Source: an uncultured Bacteriovoracaceae bacterium (GTDB lineage Bacteria > Bdellovibrionota > Bacteriovoracia > Bacteriovoracales > Bacteriovoracaceae). Taken from it: a stretch of 64,000 nt of DNA. The number at the start of each line of letters is the position of its first letter. The stretch's first letter is position 1. The translations under genes were made by a program, and so were the position numbers. Under the pieces are notes generated by a model, which worked only from the letters and a program-made list of their open reading frames with translations, ran no database searches and was not told the origin of the DNA. The stretch spans positions 1-64,000 of the forward strand of contig CAXGUD010000003.1 of NCBI GenBank assembly GCA_964012805.1, in the 5' to 3' direction. Shown here in pieces: positions 39,818 to 49,348 of the stretch.

Positions 39818-40612
39818 GTGAGTATGAGTGGTTCATTTTATTTAGATGACTTTAACGAAGAGATTGGCGTTTTAAGAGTTAGCTTTAACCGACCTGAGGT
39901 AAGGAATGCTTTTAATGATGAAATGATTGAAGAACTCATAAATCTTTTTTCATCTATAGCAAAAAGAGAAGATGTAAGACTTGTTCTTCTGGAAGGAAAA
40001 GGAAAAGCTTTTTCTGCTGGAGCTGACCTTAACTGGATGAAGAAAATGAAGGACTACTCCAGTGAAGAAAACAAAAAAGATAGTGAAAGATTGGCAGAGC
40101 TTTTTAAAACTATGAATGCGCTTCCGCAACCCCTCGTTGCACTTGTTAAAGGGCACACTTTGGGGGGAGGGACTGGTATTCTGTCTGTCTGTGATTTCGT
40201 ACTGGCTGAAGAAAATTCGAAATTTGGCTTTACTGAGGTTCGCCTTGGCCTTGTACCAGCGGTCATTTCCCCATTTGTAATTGCAAAAATAGGTGAAAGC
40301 CAGGCAAGAGCTTACTTTTTATCTGGAGAAATTTTTAAAGCTGATGTGGCGCTTAGAATGGGTTTGATCCATAAAGTTGTACCCGGTGAAGTTTTTGATC
40401 AGGAATGTGAGCGGCTTGTTTTAGAATTTTTGAAGGCAGCACCTAAGGCTTCTAAGGAAGCCAAGGAACTTGTCTTGCGGGTTAAGTCTTTAAAGAGTGA
40501 TGAGTTAACAGATTATACCTGTCAAACGATTGCTAGAATAAGAACTGGTGAAGAGGGGCAAGAAGGAATGAAGGCCCTTCTTCAAAAAGAAAAAGCTCCA
40601 TGGATTAAATAA
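39818..40612 (+). CDS. liuC: Methylglutaconyl-CoA hydratase
   Basis: NRPEVRNAFN, FSAGADLNWM, EVRLGLVPAVISP; liu context. Confidence 0.85.
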   Translation: MSMSGSFYLDDFNEEIGVLRVSFNRPEVRNAFNDEMIEELINLFSSIAKREDVRLVLLEGKGKAFSAGADLNWMKKMKDYSSEENKKDSERLAELFKTMNALPQPLVALVKGHTLGGGTGILSVCDFVLAEENSKFGFTEVRLGLVPAVISPFVIAKIGESQARAYFLSGEIFKADVALRMGLIHKVVPGEVFDQECERLVLEFLKAAPKASKEAKELVLRVKSLKSDELTDYTCQTIARIRTGEEGQEGMKALLQKEKAPWIK

Positions 40613-40675
40613 GGCCTTAAGAAGATTTTTGTAGGCCAAAAAGGTTTGATTTCAAAAACAATTTGAGGAAATTTG

Positions 40676-42196
40676 ATGAACTCTAAAACAACTCTGAGAA
40701 AAATAAAGAAGGTTTTAATTGCAAACCGTGGAGAAATTGCCGTTAGAATTATGGAAACCTGTCGGTTGATGGGTATAAAAACCGTTAGTCTTTATCATCT
40801 TGAAGAAAAAGAGCTTCCCCACTCCTTGCTAGGTGATGAATCTGTTTGTCTAGGAGAGGGGAGTCTGCACGAAACTTATCTCAACGGTGAAAAAATAGTT
40901 GAAGTGGCCCTTGCAAAAGGTGCTGACGCTATTCATCCTGGTTATGGTTTTTTATCTGAAAATGCCGATTTCTCTAAAAGAGTCCGAGACGCAGGAATTT
41001 TATTTATTGGGCCCCAAGCAGAAACAATGACCCTAATGGGAGATAAAACAGAAAGTAAAAAAGCTATGGAAAAATTGAGGGTTCCCATCATTCCTGGTTA
41101 CCATGGTGACAATCAAGACGATTCTTTTTTACGGGAAGAAGCTCAAAAAATTGGTTATCCACTCCTCATAAAAGCCTCTGCTGGCGGGGGAGGAAAAGGG
41201 ATGAGGGTTGTTTACGAAGATGATCTATTTTTTGAGTCATTGGAGTCTGCAAGAAGAGAGGCCCATAATGCTTTTGGGAATGATAAAGTCTTAATTGAAA
41301 AATATATTGAAAACCCTCGTCATATAGAAGTTCAGGTTCTCTCCAGTTGTCATGGAGAGCATTTCCATTTATTTGAAAGGGAATGCTCTATTCAAAGAAG
41401 GCACCAAAAAATTATAGAAGAGTCTCCATCACCCGCTTTAAAGGACGATTTAAGACTAGAAATGTGCAAGGTCGCTGTTCAAATAACGGAGGGTATCCAA
41501 TATGAGGGTGCAGGGACTATAGAGTATATTTTGGATGAAGATGGAAGTTTTTATTTTTTAGAGATGAATACTCGTCTTCAAGTTGAGCACCCTATTACTG
41601 AAATGGTGACTGGGGTTGACCTGGTTAAATCTCAGATAGAAGTTGCAGAAGGAAGAAGTCTTTCTTTTAAACAATCAGATTTAGAGCAAAAGGGTCATGC
41701 CATCGAAGCGAGAGTTTATGCTGAAAATCCTGATCAAGACTTTCTTCCCTCGGTAGGCGATATAGTAACTGTCGGTAACCCGAAGGGAAGTGGGGTAAGG
41801 TTTGATTGTGGTTACCAGGATGGAAATACTGTCTCAATTAAATATGATCCAATGCTCGCTAAGCTTATCTGTTGGGCAGAAGATAGAGAGACGGCCATTT
41901 CAAAAATTAAAATGTCCTTGGAACAAGTCCTCTTTGCGGGTCTAAAAACAAATAGGCAATACCTTCAAAGAATTTTAGATTTGGAAGACTTTGAAAAGGG
42001 AATCACTTTTACTCATTTCATTCCAAAGCATTCTGAAGATTTGAAAGATAAAGGTCCTACAAGTAATGAATTGGCTTTAGCCATTGCAGCTCATTTCTTG
42101 TGTTCAGAGAAAGGTCAGAGCTCCTCTTCTCAGGAATATGGCCCTCGAGTTGATAGAGCTTCGTGGGATCTTTTAAGTAATTTTAGGAACTCTTAG
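40676..42196 (+). CDS. Biotin carboxylase (MCC alpha, no biotin-carrier domain)
   Basis: ANRGEIA, HPGYGFLSEN, GGGGKGMR, ERECSIQRRHQK, EMNTRLQVEH. Confidence 0.93.
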   Translation: MNSKTTLRKIKKVLIANRGEIAVRIMETCRLMGIKTVSLYHLEEKELPHSLLGDESVCLGEGSLHETYLNGEKIVEVALAKGADAIHPGYGFLSENADFSKRVRDAGILFIGPQAETMTLMGDKTESKKAMEKLRVPIIPGYHGDNQDDSFLREEAQKIGYPLLIKASAGGGGKGMRVVYEDDLFFESLESARREAHNAFGNDKVLIEKYIENPRHIEVQVLSSCHGEHFHLFERECSIQRRHQKIIEESPSPALKDDLRLEMCKVAVQITEGIQYEGAGTIEYILDEDGSFYFLEMNTRLQVEHPITEMVTGVDLVKSQIEVAEGRSLSFKQSDLEQKGHAIEARVYAENPDQDFLPSVGDIVTVGNPKGSGVRFDCGYQDGNTVSIKYDPMLAKLICWAEDRETAISKIKMSLEQVLFAGLKTNRQYLQRILDLEDFEKGITFTHFIPKHSEDLKDKGPTSNELALAIAAHFLCSEKGQSSSSQEYGPRVDRASWDLLSNFRNS

Positions 42197-42210
42197 GAGG
42201 GGTTAAGTCT

Positions 42211-42729
42211 GTGAAAAAGACAATTAGTATTAATGACAAATCCATTGAAGTTGACCTGTTAAACCTCCAACAAGAAGAAATTCATTTTGAACTAGAAGGA
42301 GAGAGGTACAAGTTTAAGCTTCAAATGGAAAAATGTGGTAAAATCTTCCTTAAAGATGAAAGCGGAAAGAATAGTGAGGTATTTGGTTATAGACTCCCTT
42401 TTAAAAGCGGAATGACAGCTAAAAGTTGGCATTATGTTACGAATGGAAGGGACCTTTTCTTTGAATTGGCCGGGCGAGGAAAAAAGAAAAAGAAAAGTGA
42501 TCAAGAAGGACATATGCTCTCCCCTATGCCTGGTCAAGTTATCAAGGTTTTAGTTAAGGAAGGTCAGGAAGTTAATAAAAATGAGCCTCTTATTGTCCTC
42601 GAGGCCATGAAAATGGAGCACACAATAAGATCAAATTGTAAGGGCTTGGTTAAAAAGGTTTTTTTCAATCAAGGAGATTTAGTTGGTGGAGAAGTAGAGC
42701 TTTTAGAGCTTGTTCCATCTAAGGAGTAA
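42211..42729 (+). CDS. Biotin carboxyl carrier protein
   Basis: SPMPG, EAMKME; own RBS AGGAGG. Confidence 0.9.
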   Translation: MKKTISINDKSIEVDLLNLQQEEIHFELEGERYKFKLQMEKCGKIFLKDESGKNSEVFGYRLPFKSGMTAKSWHYVTNGRDLFFELAGRGKKKKKSDQEGHMLSPMPGQVIKVLVKEGQEVNKNEPLIVLEAMKMEHTIRSNCKGLVKKVFFNQGDLVGGEVELLELVPSKE

Positions 42730-42736
42730 AGGCTTT

Positions 42737-43651
42737 ATGCTTAAAAATCTTCCACAAAAAGTAAAAATCGTTGAAGTGGGCCCAAGGGATGGTCTTCAAA
42801 ACGAGAAATTGATTGTACCAACCGAGGATAAAGTCAAATTTATTCTTTTGTTGGGAGAGTCTGGTTTAAAAAATATTGAAGTCACAAGTTTTGTACGTCC
42901 AGATAGAATCCCTCAAATGACTGATGCAAAACAAGTTATTGAAGCACTTCAAAAAACAGATCTTATGAATACTGTAAACCTCTCCTGCCTTATTCCAAAC
43001 CTTAAAGGACTAGAAGCCGCTTCTAAGCTTGGTGTAAAGGAGATTGCAGTTTTTTCTTCGACAAGTGATACTTTTAATAAAAAAAATATAAACTCCACAG
43101 TTGAAGAGTCTCTAACTATAATACGGCCGGTAGTGAAGGAAGCACTTAAGCTAAATATAAGAGTGAGGGCCTATATTTCGACAGTTTTCGGTTGCCCTTA
43201 TGAGGGGAAGCCAAAGTCTTTGGATACATTAAAAAGGATGGTTGATTTTTTTGTTGAGGCGGGAGCTTATGAACTTTCTCTTAGTGACACTATTGGTCAT
43301 GGTAACCCAAAAGAAGTTGTCAGCGTTTTAGAATCTTTAAAAGACTCCGTCGATAGAAAAAATTTGGCCATGCATATGCATGATACAAGAGGTTTGGCAC
43401 TTAGTAATATTCTTACTGGTTTAGAAATGGGCATTTCCACTTTTGATGGGTCCTCTGGTGGATTAGGGGGCTGTCCTTATGCTAAGGGAGCTTCTGGAAA
43501 TTGTGCTACTGAAGAACTTGTTTATTTATTTGAATCTATGGGAATATCAACGGGTGTTGATATAAATAAACTAAAAGAGGCTTCATCTTTTGCACTTGAA
43601 AAATTAGAAAGAAAAAGCCCTTCTAAATTTCTTCAAGCCTATAAAAGTTAA
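42737..43651 (+). CDS. liuE: Hydroxymethylglutaryl-CoA lyase
   Basis: EVGPRDGLQNE, HMHDT, GLGGCPYA; ATG at 42737 after AAGGAG. Confidence 0.93.
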   Translation: MLKNLPQKVKIVEVGPRDGLQNEKLIVPTEDKVKFILLLGESGLKNIEVTSFVRPDRIPQMTDAKQVIEALQKTDLMNTVNLSCLIPNLKGLEAASKLGVKEIAVFSSTSDTFNKKNINSTVEESLTIIRPVVKEALKLNIRVRAYISTVFGCPYEGKPKSLDTLKRMVDFFVEAGAYELSLSDTIGHGNPKEVVSVLESLKDSVDRKNLAMHMHDTRGLALSNILTGLEMGISTFDGSSGGLGGCPYAKGASGNCATEELVYLFESMGISTGVDINKLKEASSFALEKLERKSPSKFLQAYKS

Positions 43652-43682
43652 ATCTTACAATAATTATCTTTAAGAATAAGAG

Positions 43683-44519
43683 GTGGTCATGAGCTACTAT
43701 GAGAAAACTTTTTCTGACCTTAAACTTAAGACTCAGTCATTTGAAGGCCAAACTTGTCTATGGGTTGGGTTAAATAGGCCAGAAGCTAGGAATGCTCTAA
43801 GTTTAGATATGATTGAGTCTTTAGTTCAGGTACTGGAGCAAGGAGATCAGGATCCTGAAATAAAGGTAATGGTCATCTATGGTGAAGGAGAATGTTTTAG
43901 TGCCGGTGGGGACGTTAAGGATATGGAATCAAGGGAAGGAATGTTTGCCGGAGATTCAAATGAGTTAAGGCTCAATTATGTTCATGGAATTCAGAAAATA
44001 CCAAGGGCCATTGAAAATTTAAATACTCCCCTGTTGGCAATGATCAATGGCCCAGCGATTGGTGCAGGAGCGGATTTAGCTTCAATGTGTGATCTCAGGG
44101 TTGGATTTTATAATTCAAAATTTGGAGTAACCTTTTCTAAGCTTTCTTTAGTTTCTGGAGATGGAGGACTCTTTTTCCTGCCCAGAATCGTTGGATATGC
44201 TAAGGCCTTGGAAATGTCTCTGACTGGAGATATCTATAATGGTGAAGAATGCTTTAAAATGGGTCTTTTAAATACTTATGCCGAAAAAAAAGAAGACCTC
44301 TTACCTAAAACCGAGAAGCTTATAAATAAAATTTTATCCAATGGTCCAGTTTCTCAATCTATGATTAAGAGAGCACTCAAACATAGTACTAAAGGAGACC
44401 TTAATTCTTGTTTAGATTTAATGGCCGCTTACCAGGGAATAGTTCAAAGAACTGATGATCATTTTGAGTCACTAAAGGCCTTTAGGGAAAAAAGAAGGCC
44501 AATATTTAAAGGAAAATGA
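43683..44519 (+). CDS. Enoyl-CoA hydratase/isomerase family protein
   Basis: NRPEARNAL, FSAGGDV, NGPAIGAG. Confidence 0.88.
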   Translation: MVMSYYEKTFSDLKLKTQSFEGQTCLWVGLNRPEARNALSLDMIESLVQVLEQGDQDPEIKVMVIYGEGECFSAGGDVKDMESREGMFAGDSNELRLNYVHGIQKIPRAIENLNTPLLAMINGPAIGAGADLASMCDLRVGFYNSKFGVTFSKLSLVSGDGGLFFLPRIVGYAKALEMSLTGDIYNGEECFKMGLLNTYAEKKEDLLPKTEKLINKILSNGPVSQSMIKRALKHSTKGDLNSCLDLMAAYQGIVQRTDDHFESLKAFREKRRPIFKGK

Positions 44520-44658
44520 GTAAGCTCTACCCTTATCTTATAGTTTATCATCCTAACACTTTCTAACTTTTTCAAACTCTTCAATTCAGACCCTTTATTA
44601 AAGGCTTTAGCTTTTTAGAAGAAGTTGACAATGGCCTTATGTTCATTCGAGAATTAAA

Positions 44659-45024
44659 ATGTTCCAAAAATTTGGAGACCTCTTGTCAAAGGTAATACTA
44701 CTAGTGTTTCTAAGTATAGGCTGCACGACGATTCATTACCAATCGAATGAAACAATCCCCGTCCTATGGGGAAGTCAAAAAGAAGTAACTGATGAGACTA
44801 AGGTGGTTCTTGGAACAAAGGACTTTTATCTCTGGGGCCTTTATCCGGAGAGCCAATCAGTTTTTCTTGATGATGAATTTAAGAAAGTAGGTTTCCAAAA
44901 GGTCAATAAAACTGTCATTGAAGAATTTCAAACAGCATTAGATAAAATAAAAGAGTACGCCACTTTAGGGATGTATATACCAAAGAGGTATAAACTAATT
45001 GGACATGGAAAAAAGGTAGATTAG
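44659..45024 (+). CDS. Bor/Iss-like lipoprotein
   Basis: Lipobox SIGC; FYLWGL; TLGMYIP. Confidence 0.6.
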   Translation: MFQKFGDLLSKVILLVFLSIGCTTIHYQSNETIPVLWGSQKEVTDETKVVLGTKDFYLWGLYPESQSVFLDDEFKKVGFQKVNKTVIEEFQTALDKIKEYATLGMYIPKRYKLIGHGKKVD

Positions 45025-45059
45025 GTTTTTTGTAGGAAATAGAGGTTGATAAAACATTT

Positions 45060-45440
45060 ATGAAAGTTAGATGGTTTATTTTCCAACCTATTGTTTTGAT
45101 CCTTTTTTTTTCGTGTAGTACATCTTTGAGGGTGACTTCAGAGGAATGTAGCGGAAGGCTTTATTTAGCTAAATTAAAAGGCTCCAAGCTTTCAAAACTA
45201 AATAGAGTCTCCAAATTAGAAGAAAAAAAACTTACTAGTTTTTCTTTTATAGGTAACGCAGATACTATTTATTTGGGGGAATTTTTAAGAAAGAAAAGAA
45301 TGGACTGTCGTAAAAAGCAGGCGCTTTCTTTAACAATAAAAAATACCTGGAGTGATGTAGTTTTGAGCTTAGTGCCTTTTATTAATAGGACAACTGTAAG
45401 AGTTTCAATCGGACCTTTAAGAAGAATAAAGAAAAAATAA
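45060..45440 (+). CDS. Putative lipoprotein
   Basis: Lipobox FFSC; two further Cys; C-terminal TWSDVVLSLVPF. Confidence 0.55.
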   Translation: MKVRWFIFQPIVLILFFSCSTSLRVTSEECSGRLYLAKLKGSKLSKLNRVSKLEEKKLTSFSFIGNADTIYLGEFLRKKRMDCRKKQALSLTIKNTWSDVVLSLVPFINRTTVRVSIGPLRRIKKK

Positions 45441-45569
45441 GAAGGTAAGGTTAGAACCAATTAAAATATCATGTTAAACTTTAGGGAGTTCTTATTGGCC
45501 CCGTAAAAGGGAAACATAATTTGACTTGTTCATGATGAGCAAATGCTGGGCCAGGAGGGCCGCTTTTTC

Positions 45570-45965
45570 TTAAAATTTCTGCCCTCTATATTTGATTCTT
45601 GTTTTGCTGCACTCCATAAATTTGGGCCCATTTAAAAAGCCTTTGTCTACTCCACAAGTGTTCAATATGTATTTGTCTGTGCAAAGAGTCTCATTTTCAA
45701 TCTCAGAAAAAAGTATTTTTTTATTTCTAAAAAAAAAATTCCTTGGGTTTTTTTTACAGTCATTCACATAGTGAGCAGGTGTTTCACTAAACTCGTTCAT
45801 AAGACATAGGCGATGAAAATTACTCGGCTTTAAATTATAAATATTTTCTGCGACTTTTTTGCATATTGAAGCGGTCAAGGGTCGAGGAGTAAAAAAAATA
45901 AGGATCATAAAAGTAAAAATTATAGAATTAATAATTTTTGAAAATATTTGATTTGAAGTAACCAT
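45570..45965 (-). CDS. Hypothetical exported Cys-containing protein
   Basis: N-terminal hydrophobic stretch; six Cys. Confidence 0.5.
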   Translation of the reverse strand: MVTSNQIFSKIINSIIFTFMILIFFTPRPLTASICKKVAENIYNLKPSNFHRLCLMNEFSETPAHYVNDCKKNPRNFFFRNKKILFSEIENETLCTDKYILNTCGVDKGFLNGPKFMECSKTRIKYRGQKF

Positions 45966-45982
45966 AGTGAGTTTATCGGCTC

Positions 45983-47017
45983 TTAAAATTTATAATTAAA
46001 ATCTATTCCTCTTTTTTTAAATGAATATTCATCTAAATAAGTCTTTTCATAAGAATGAAGGGAAAATGATAAATTTTTATTTTTGTAAGTAAATATAAAT
46101 CCCATTTTATTACTTTCTAGAAAAAAGACATTAAAGTTGAGGTATTTATTGAGGTATAAATTTGTTCCATACCGAGTCGTTTTCAACTTATCGTTATTAC
46201 TCCCTGATATTGGTGTTGTATTAAAAAAAAAGTCTAATGATGAAAAATATGGACTTTTAAAAGGAGAGTAAAACTTTTTAGACTTTAGGCCAGAGACAAG
46301 GCTCCAATAAATATAATCTCTGTTAATTAAGGGGAATGACTTGAAATCTAATGTTAGATTAAGAATTTTAAAATTTATATCTAATAGTAGATTAAGTTCT
46401 GAAAAAAAAATCCACTTGAAATTTGAGAGCGTTTGATCTGGTTGTTCTATAAGAAGATCATTGATTGAAAAACTTTTATTCATAGATTTTCTAAGACCAT
46501 ATGTAATCTGGGGAATTATAAGAATTCCACTTCTATTAAAGAAAAATCTTTTAGAGGTCTTTCCCGCCAAGGTATGATTCATAAGGGAATCAAGCACTGT
46601 TGGTGTGTTTGGATTAATAAAAAGAAACTGATTTGAGCTAAAAGAAAATGAGTGATGGAAAAGTCTTTTTTCGAATGAAGTTTCTAATTTAAAGTTTAAG
46701 AGATTAGGTGTTCCAGCTGTGTTGGAGATAGCTTCTGTGATCTTTGTACTATCACCAGTTCTAATTTGATTATAGAAATCTAGAAAAGAGGGCGATCTTG
46801 AAAAGATAAAAAAAGACTTCTTTAGGAAAATATCTTTTTCGAAATAGGGGTGAATAAGCCAGTCATGGAAGTTTCTGGATGATGAAAGGTCGAATAATTT
46901 AGATTGTACCAGGTCTAACTTTTGTGTTGAAGCGCTCGCTCCTTTGCAGCTTAGAATTATAGATAAAATTAAAAGAGGTAGATAGACTTGTATGATTTTC
47001 TCCATTGAAATATCCAT
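45983..47017 (-). CDS. Hypothetical protein, possible outer-membrane beta-barrel
   Basis: Signal or lipobox; aromatic-rich; C-terminal GIDFNYKF. Confidence 0.55.
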   Translation of the reverse strand: MDISMEKIIQVYLPLLILSIILSCKGASASTQKLDLVQSKLFDLSSSRNFHDWLIHPYFEKDIFLKKSFFIFSRSPSFLDFYNQIRTGDSTKITEAISNTAGTPNLLNFKLETSFEKRLFHHSFSFSSNQFLFINPNTPTVLDSLMNHTLAGKTSKRFFFNRSGILIIPQITYGLRKSMNKSFSINDLLIEQPDQTLSNFKWIFFSELNLLLDINFKILNLTLDFKSFPLINRDYIYWSLVSGLKSKKFYSPFKSPYFSSLDFFFNTTPISGSNNDKLKTTRYGTNLYLNKYLNFNVFFLESNKMGFIFTYKNKNLSFSLHSYEKTYLDEYSFKKRGIDFNYKF

Positions 47018-47079
47018 TTTCGAAATGATTAGAATGAGTCTATTTTATCGGATAAAAGAATAAAAAGAAAATGAACTTC

Positions 47080-49122
47080 TTAGAGATCTTTCATAAGGTT
47101 TGAGAAAAAGTCCTGTTTATACTTCTCAGCTTCTTCTTCATTAAGGTGCCCAAAAGTTGTTCTATCTTGCTCAAGATAGAGTTTTTTTTCTTTTAATGGA
47201 GATATAAATCTTGATGGATGACGTGGTTGTTTTTTTCCGTAAAGAATTCTCTCTTTACAATAAGTCATGATAAGCTTTTTCTTTGCTCTTGTGATGCCTA
47301 CATAACAAAGCCTTCTTTCCTCATTAATATCACCACCTTCTTGAATTATCTTTTTATGAGGAAGAGTTTCTTCTTCAATTCCAATCAAATAGACAAGGTC
47401 AAACTCAAGCCCCTTTGATGAGTGGAGGGTCATAAGAGAAACCTCATTAGCAATGGTGGATTCTTCTTCATCAGGAGAGTCCTTTTTGGTTTGTGAATCT
47501 TGGAGTAAAAGTTTTTCCACAAAGTTTTTTAGATTTCCATCTACGGGGCCTCTTTGAGCAAACCTTTTGGCAGATTCAAGGAATTGATTAACATCATTTT
47601 TTCTTCTTTGAATTTGTTTTGGAGTTCTTTCATACTGTTTTTCAATATAACTATTGTAATCAATTTTTTGAATGAGTTCATCAAGAGCTTGATCCAGACT
47701 TTTTTCTTTGAAGACTTTTTGAAAGTACCGGATCATTTTTGAGAATTGGAATATCAATGGTCCTCTCTTTGAATCAAGTTCTGGGTACGTTTCAAAGGCC
47801 CTGAAGAGGGATAGTTTTGTTTCTCGGGCTTTTTCCAGATACTTGGAAAGGGTTGAAGGTCCAATTCCCCTTGAGGGTACATTTAGAATTCTTCTTAAAG
47901 ATAATTCGTCGCGGGGATTCAAAATGATAAAAAGGTAGGCCATTAAATCCTTAACTTCCTTCTTTTCATAGAACTTTTGGCCTCCAATAATTTTGTAAGG
48001 AACCTGCATTATTCGAAGTTGGTCTTCCAAAGGTCCATTAAGTGTGTGACTTCTGTAGAGTATTGCAACCTCGGAAAGAGGCTTCCCTTCTGATTGATAG
48101 CGGGCGATTTCTTCAGCAAGAATTTGAGACTCGTGGTCGGGGTCTGCCATTGACCAAAGGACTGGTAAATCATCTGACTTTTGCTGGCTCCATAATGTTT
48201 TTTCCCTTCTATTTTTGTTATCCTTAATGACCTGATTTGCCAGTTCTAAAATTGGCATTGTAGATCGATAGTTTTGTTCGAGTTTGATAATCGTGGCGTT
48301 TGGGAAGTTTTTTTCAAAGTCCAATATATTTCTGATATCTGCTCCTCTAAAAGAGTATATGGACTGGTCATCATCTCCGACTACGCAAAGGTTATTATGC
48401 TGTGTCGTTAGTTTCATCACAATTTGAAATTGTAGAGGATTAGTGTCTTGGTACTCATCAATCATAATATAACGAAACTTTTTAGAGTAGAGTTCGGCAA
48501 CATCAGGGTGCTGGTTTAAAAGCTTGAGTGTAAGGAAAAGAATGTCATCAAAGTCAATGGCATTGAAAAACTTTAGCTTTTCCTGGTAATAAATATAACA
48601 ATATTCTGTAACATCGTCGTATGAGTCTTCTGGATCAAAATGTTTAGAATGTGGAAATTCCTCTGCGCTCACACCAGAATTTTTAAGGAAGCCTATTTTT
48701 GAGAGGATGGTTTGAGCATCAAATTGTTTACCAGATCTAAAACTTCTAAGGGCCTCTCGAATAAGGGCTATCTGGTCTCCTGTATCGTAGATTGTGAAGT
48801 TTTTGTAATACCCCAATTTTTCAATTTCATTTTTAAGAATTTTAATGCCTAGAGAATGGAAGGTACAAAGAGTTATTTCTTTTGATTTTTGATGGCCCAA
48901 AAGTCCTTTTACTCTTTCTTTCATTTCCATTGCGGCCTTATTCGTAAAGCTAACTCCAAGAATACTTGAGCCAGGAATACCTAGATGGTCTACCATATAG
49001 GCTATTCTGCACGTTAGGGTTCCTGTTTTACCACTTCCTGCTCCGGCAAGTATAAGGACAGGGCCTTTAACCGTGGTAGCTGCTTTCTGTTGCTCTGGGT
49101 TAAGTTTTTGAAGAGAGATCAT
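47080..49122 (-). CDS. UvrD/Rep/PcrA superfamily I helicase
   Basis: AGAGSGKT, FTNKAA, DEYQD, GDDDQSIY, NYRS, TLHSSKGLEF, YVGITRA. Confidence 0.95.
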   Translation of the reverse strand: MISLQKLNPEQQKAATTVKGPVLILAGAGSGKTGTLTCRIAYMVDHLGIPGSSILGVSFTNKAAMEMKERVKGLLGHQKSKEITLCTFHSLGIKILKNEIEKLGYYKNFTIYDTGDQIALIREALRSFRSGKQFDAQTILSKIGFLKNSGVSAEEFPHSKHFDPEDSYDDVTEYCYIYYQEKLKFFNAIDFDDILFLTLKLLNQHPDVAELYSKKFRYIMIDEYQDTNPLQFQIVMKLTTQHNNLCVVGDDDQSIYSFRGADIRNILDFEKNFPNATIIKLEQNYRSTMPILELANQVIKDNKNRREKTLWSQQKSDDLPVLWSMADPDHESQILAEEIARYQSEGKPLSEVAILYRSHTLNGPLEDQLRIMQVPYKIIGGQKFYEKKEVKDLMAYLFIILNPRDELSLRRILNVPSRGIGPSTLSKYLEKARETKLSLFRAFETYPELDSKRGPLIFQFSKMIRYFQKVFKEKSLDQALDELIQKIDYNSYIEKQYERTPKQIQRRKNDVNQFLESAKRFAQRGPVDGNLKNFVEKLLLQDSQTKKDSPDEEESTIANEVSLMTLHSSKGLEFDLVYLIGIEEETLPHKKIIQEGGDINEERRLCYVGITRAKKKLIMTYCKERILYGKKQPRHPSRFISPLKEKKLYLEQDRTTFGHLNEEEAEKYKQDFFSNLMKDL

Positions 49123-49348
49123 AAAGACACTTTTTTAAAGGGGTATAGACTTTTTGAAGATTAATGAACCTATTGCCCTTTTGACAAGGTTTGATGCCAA
49201 TAAGGGAGTAAATAAAATGCCTCGATGACTGGAAGAAGAAAATCAGGCATGCTATTGTGGCGGTCATTAATAAGTTTTTCGCATTGTATCTTTTTTCGTT
49301 GGAAATTAGGATCCTTGTTCATTTGATAAATCTTGCTTTAGGTGTTTT

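Noticed and set aside
44625..44658. Sigma70 promoter at TTGACA before the Bor-like gene
   Set aside because: No good -10 hexamer at 16-18 bp spacing.
45480..45570. GC-richer stretch after ORF 45570..45965 as an ncRNA or stop read-through
   Set aside because: The frame stays open about 25 codons past the TAA, but no convincing fold or motif was found; compatible with chance.
47080..49122. Helicase as part of an anti-phage system
   Set aside because: Ordinary UvrD/Rep motifs and length, next to metG; no nuclease partner.
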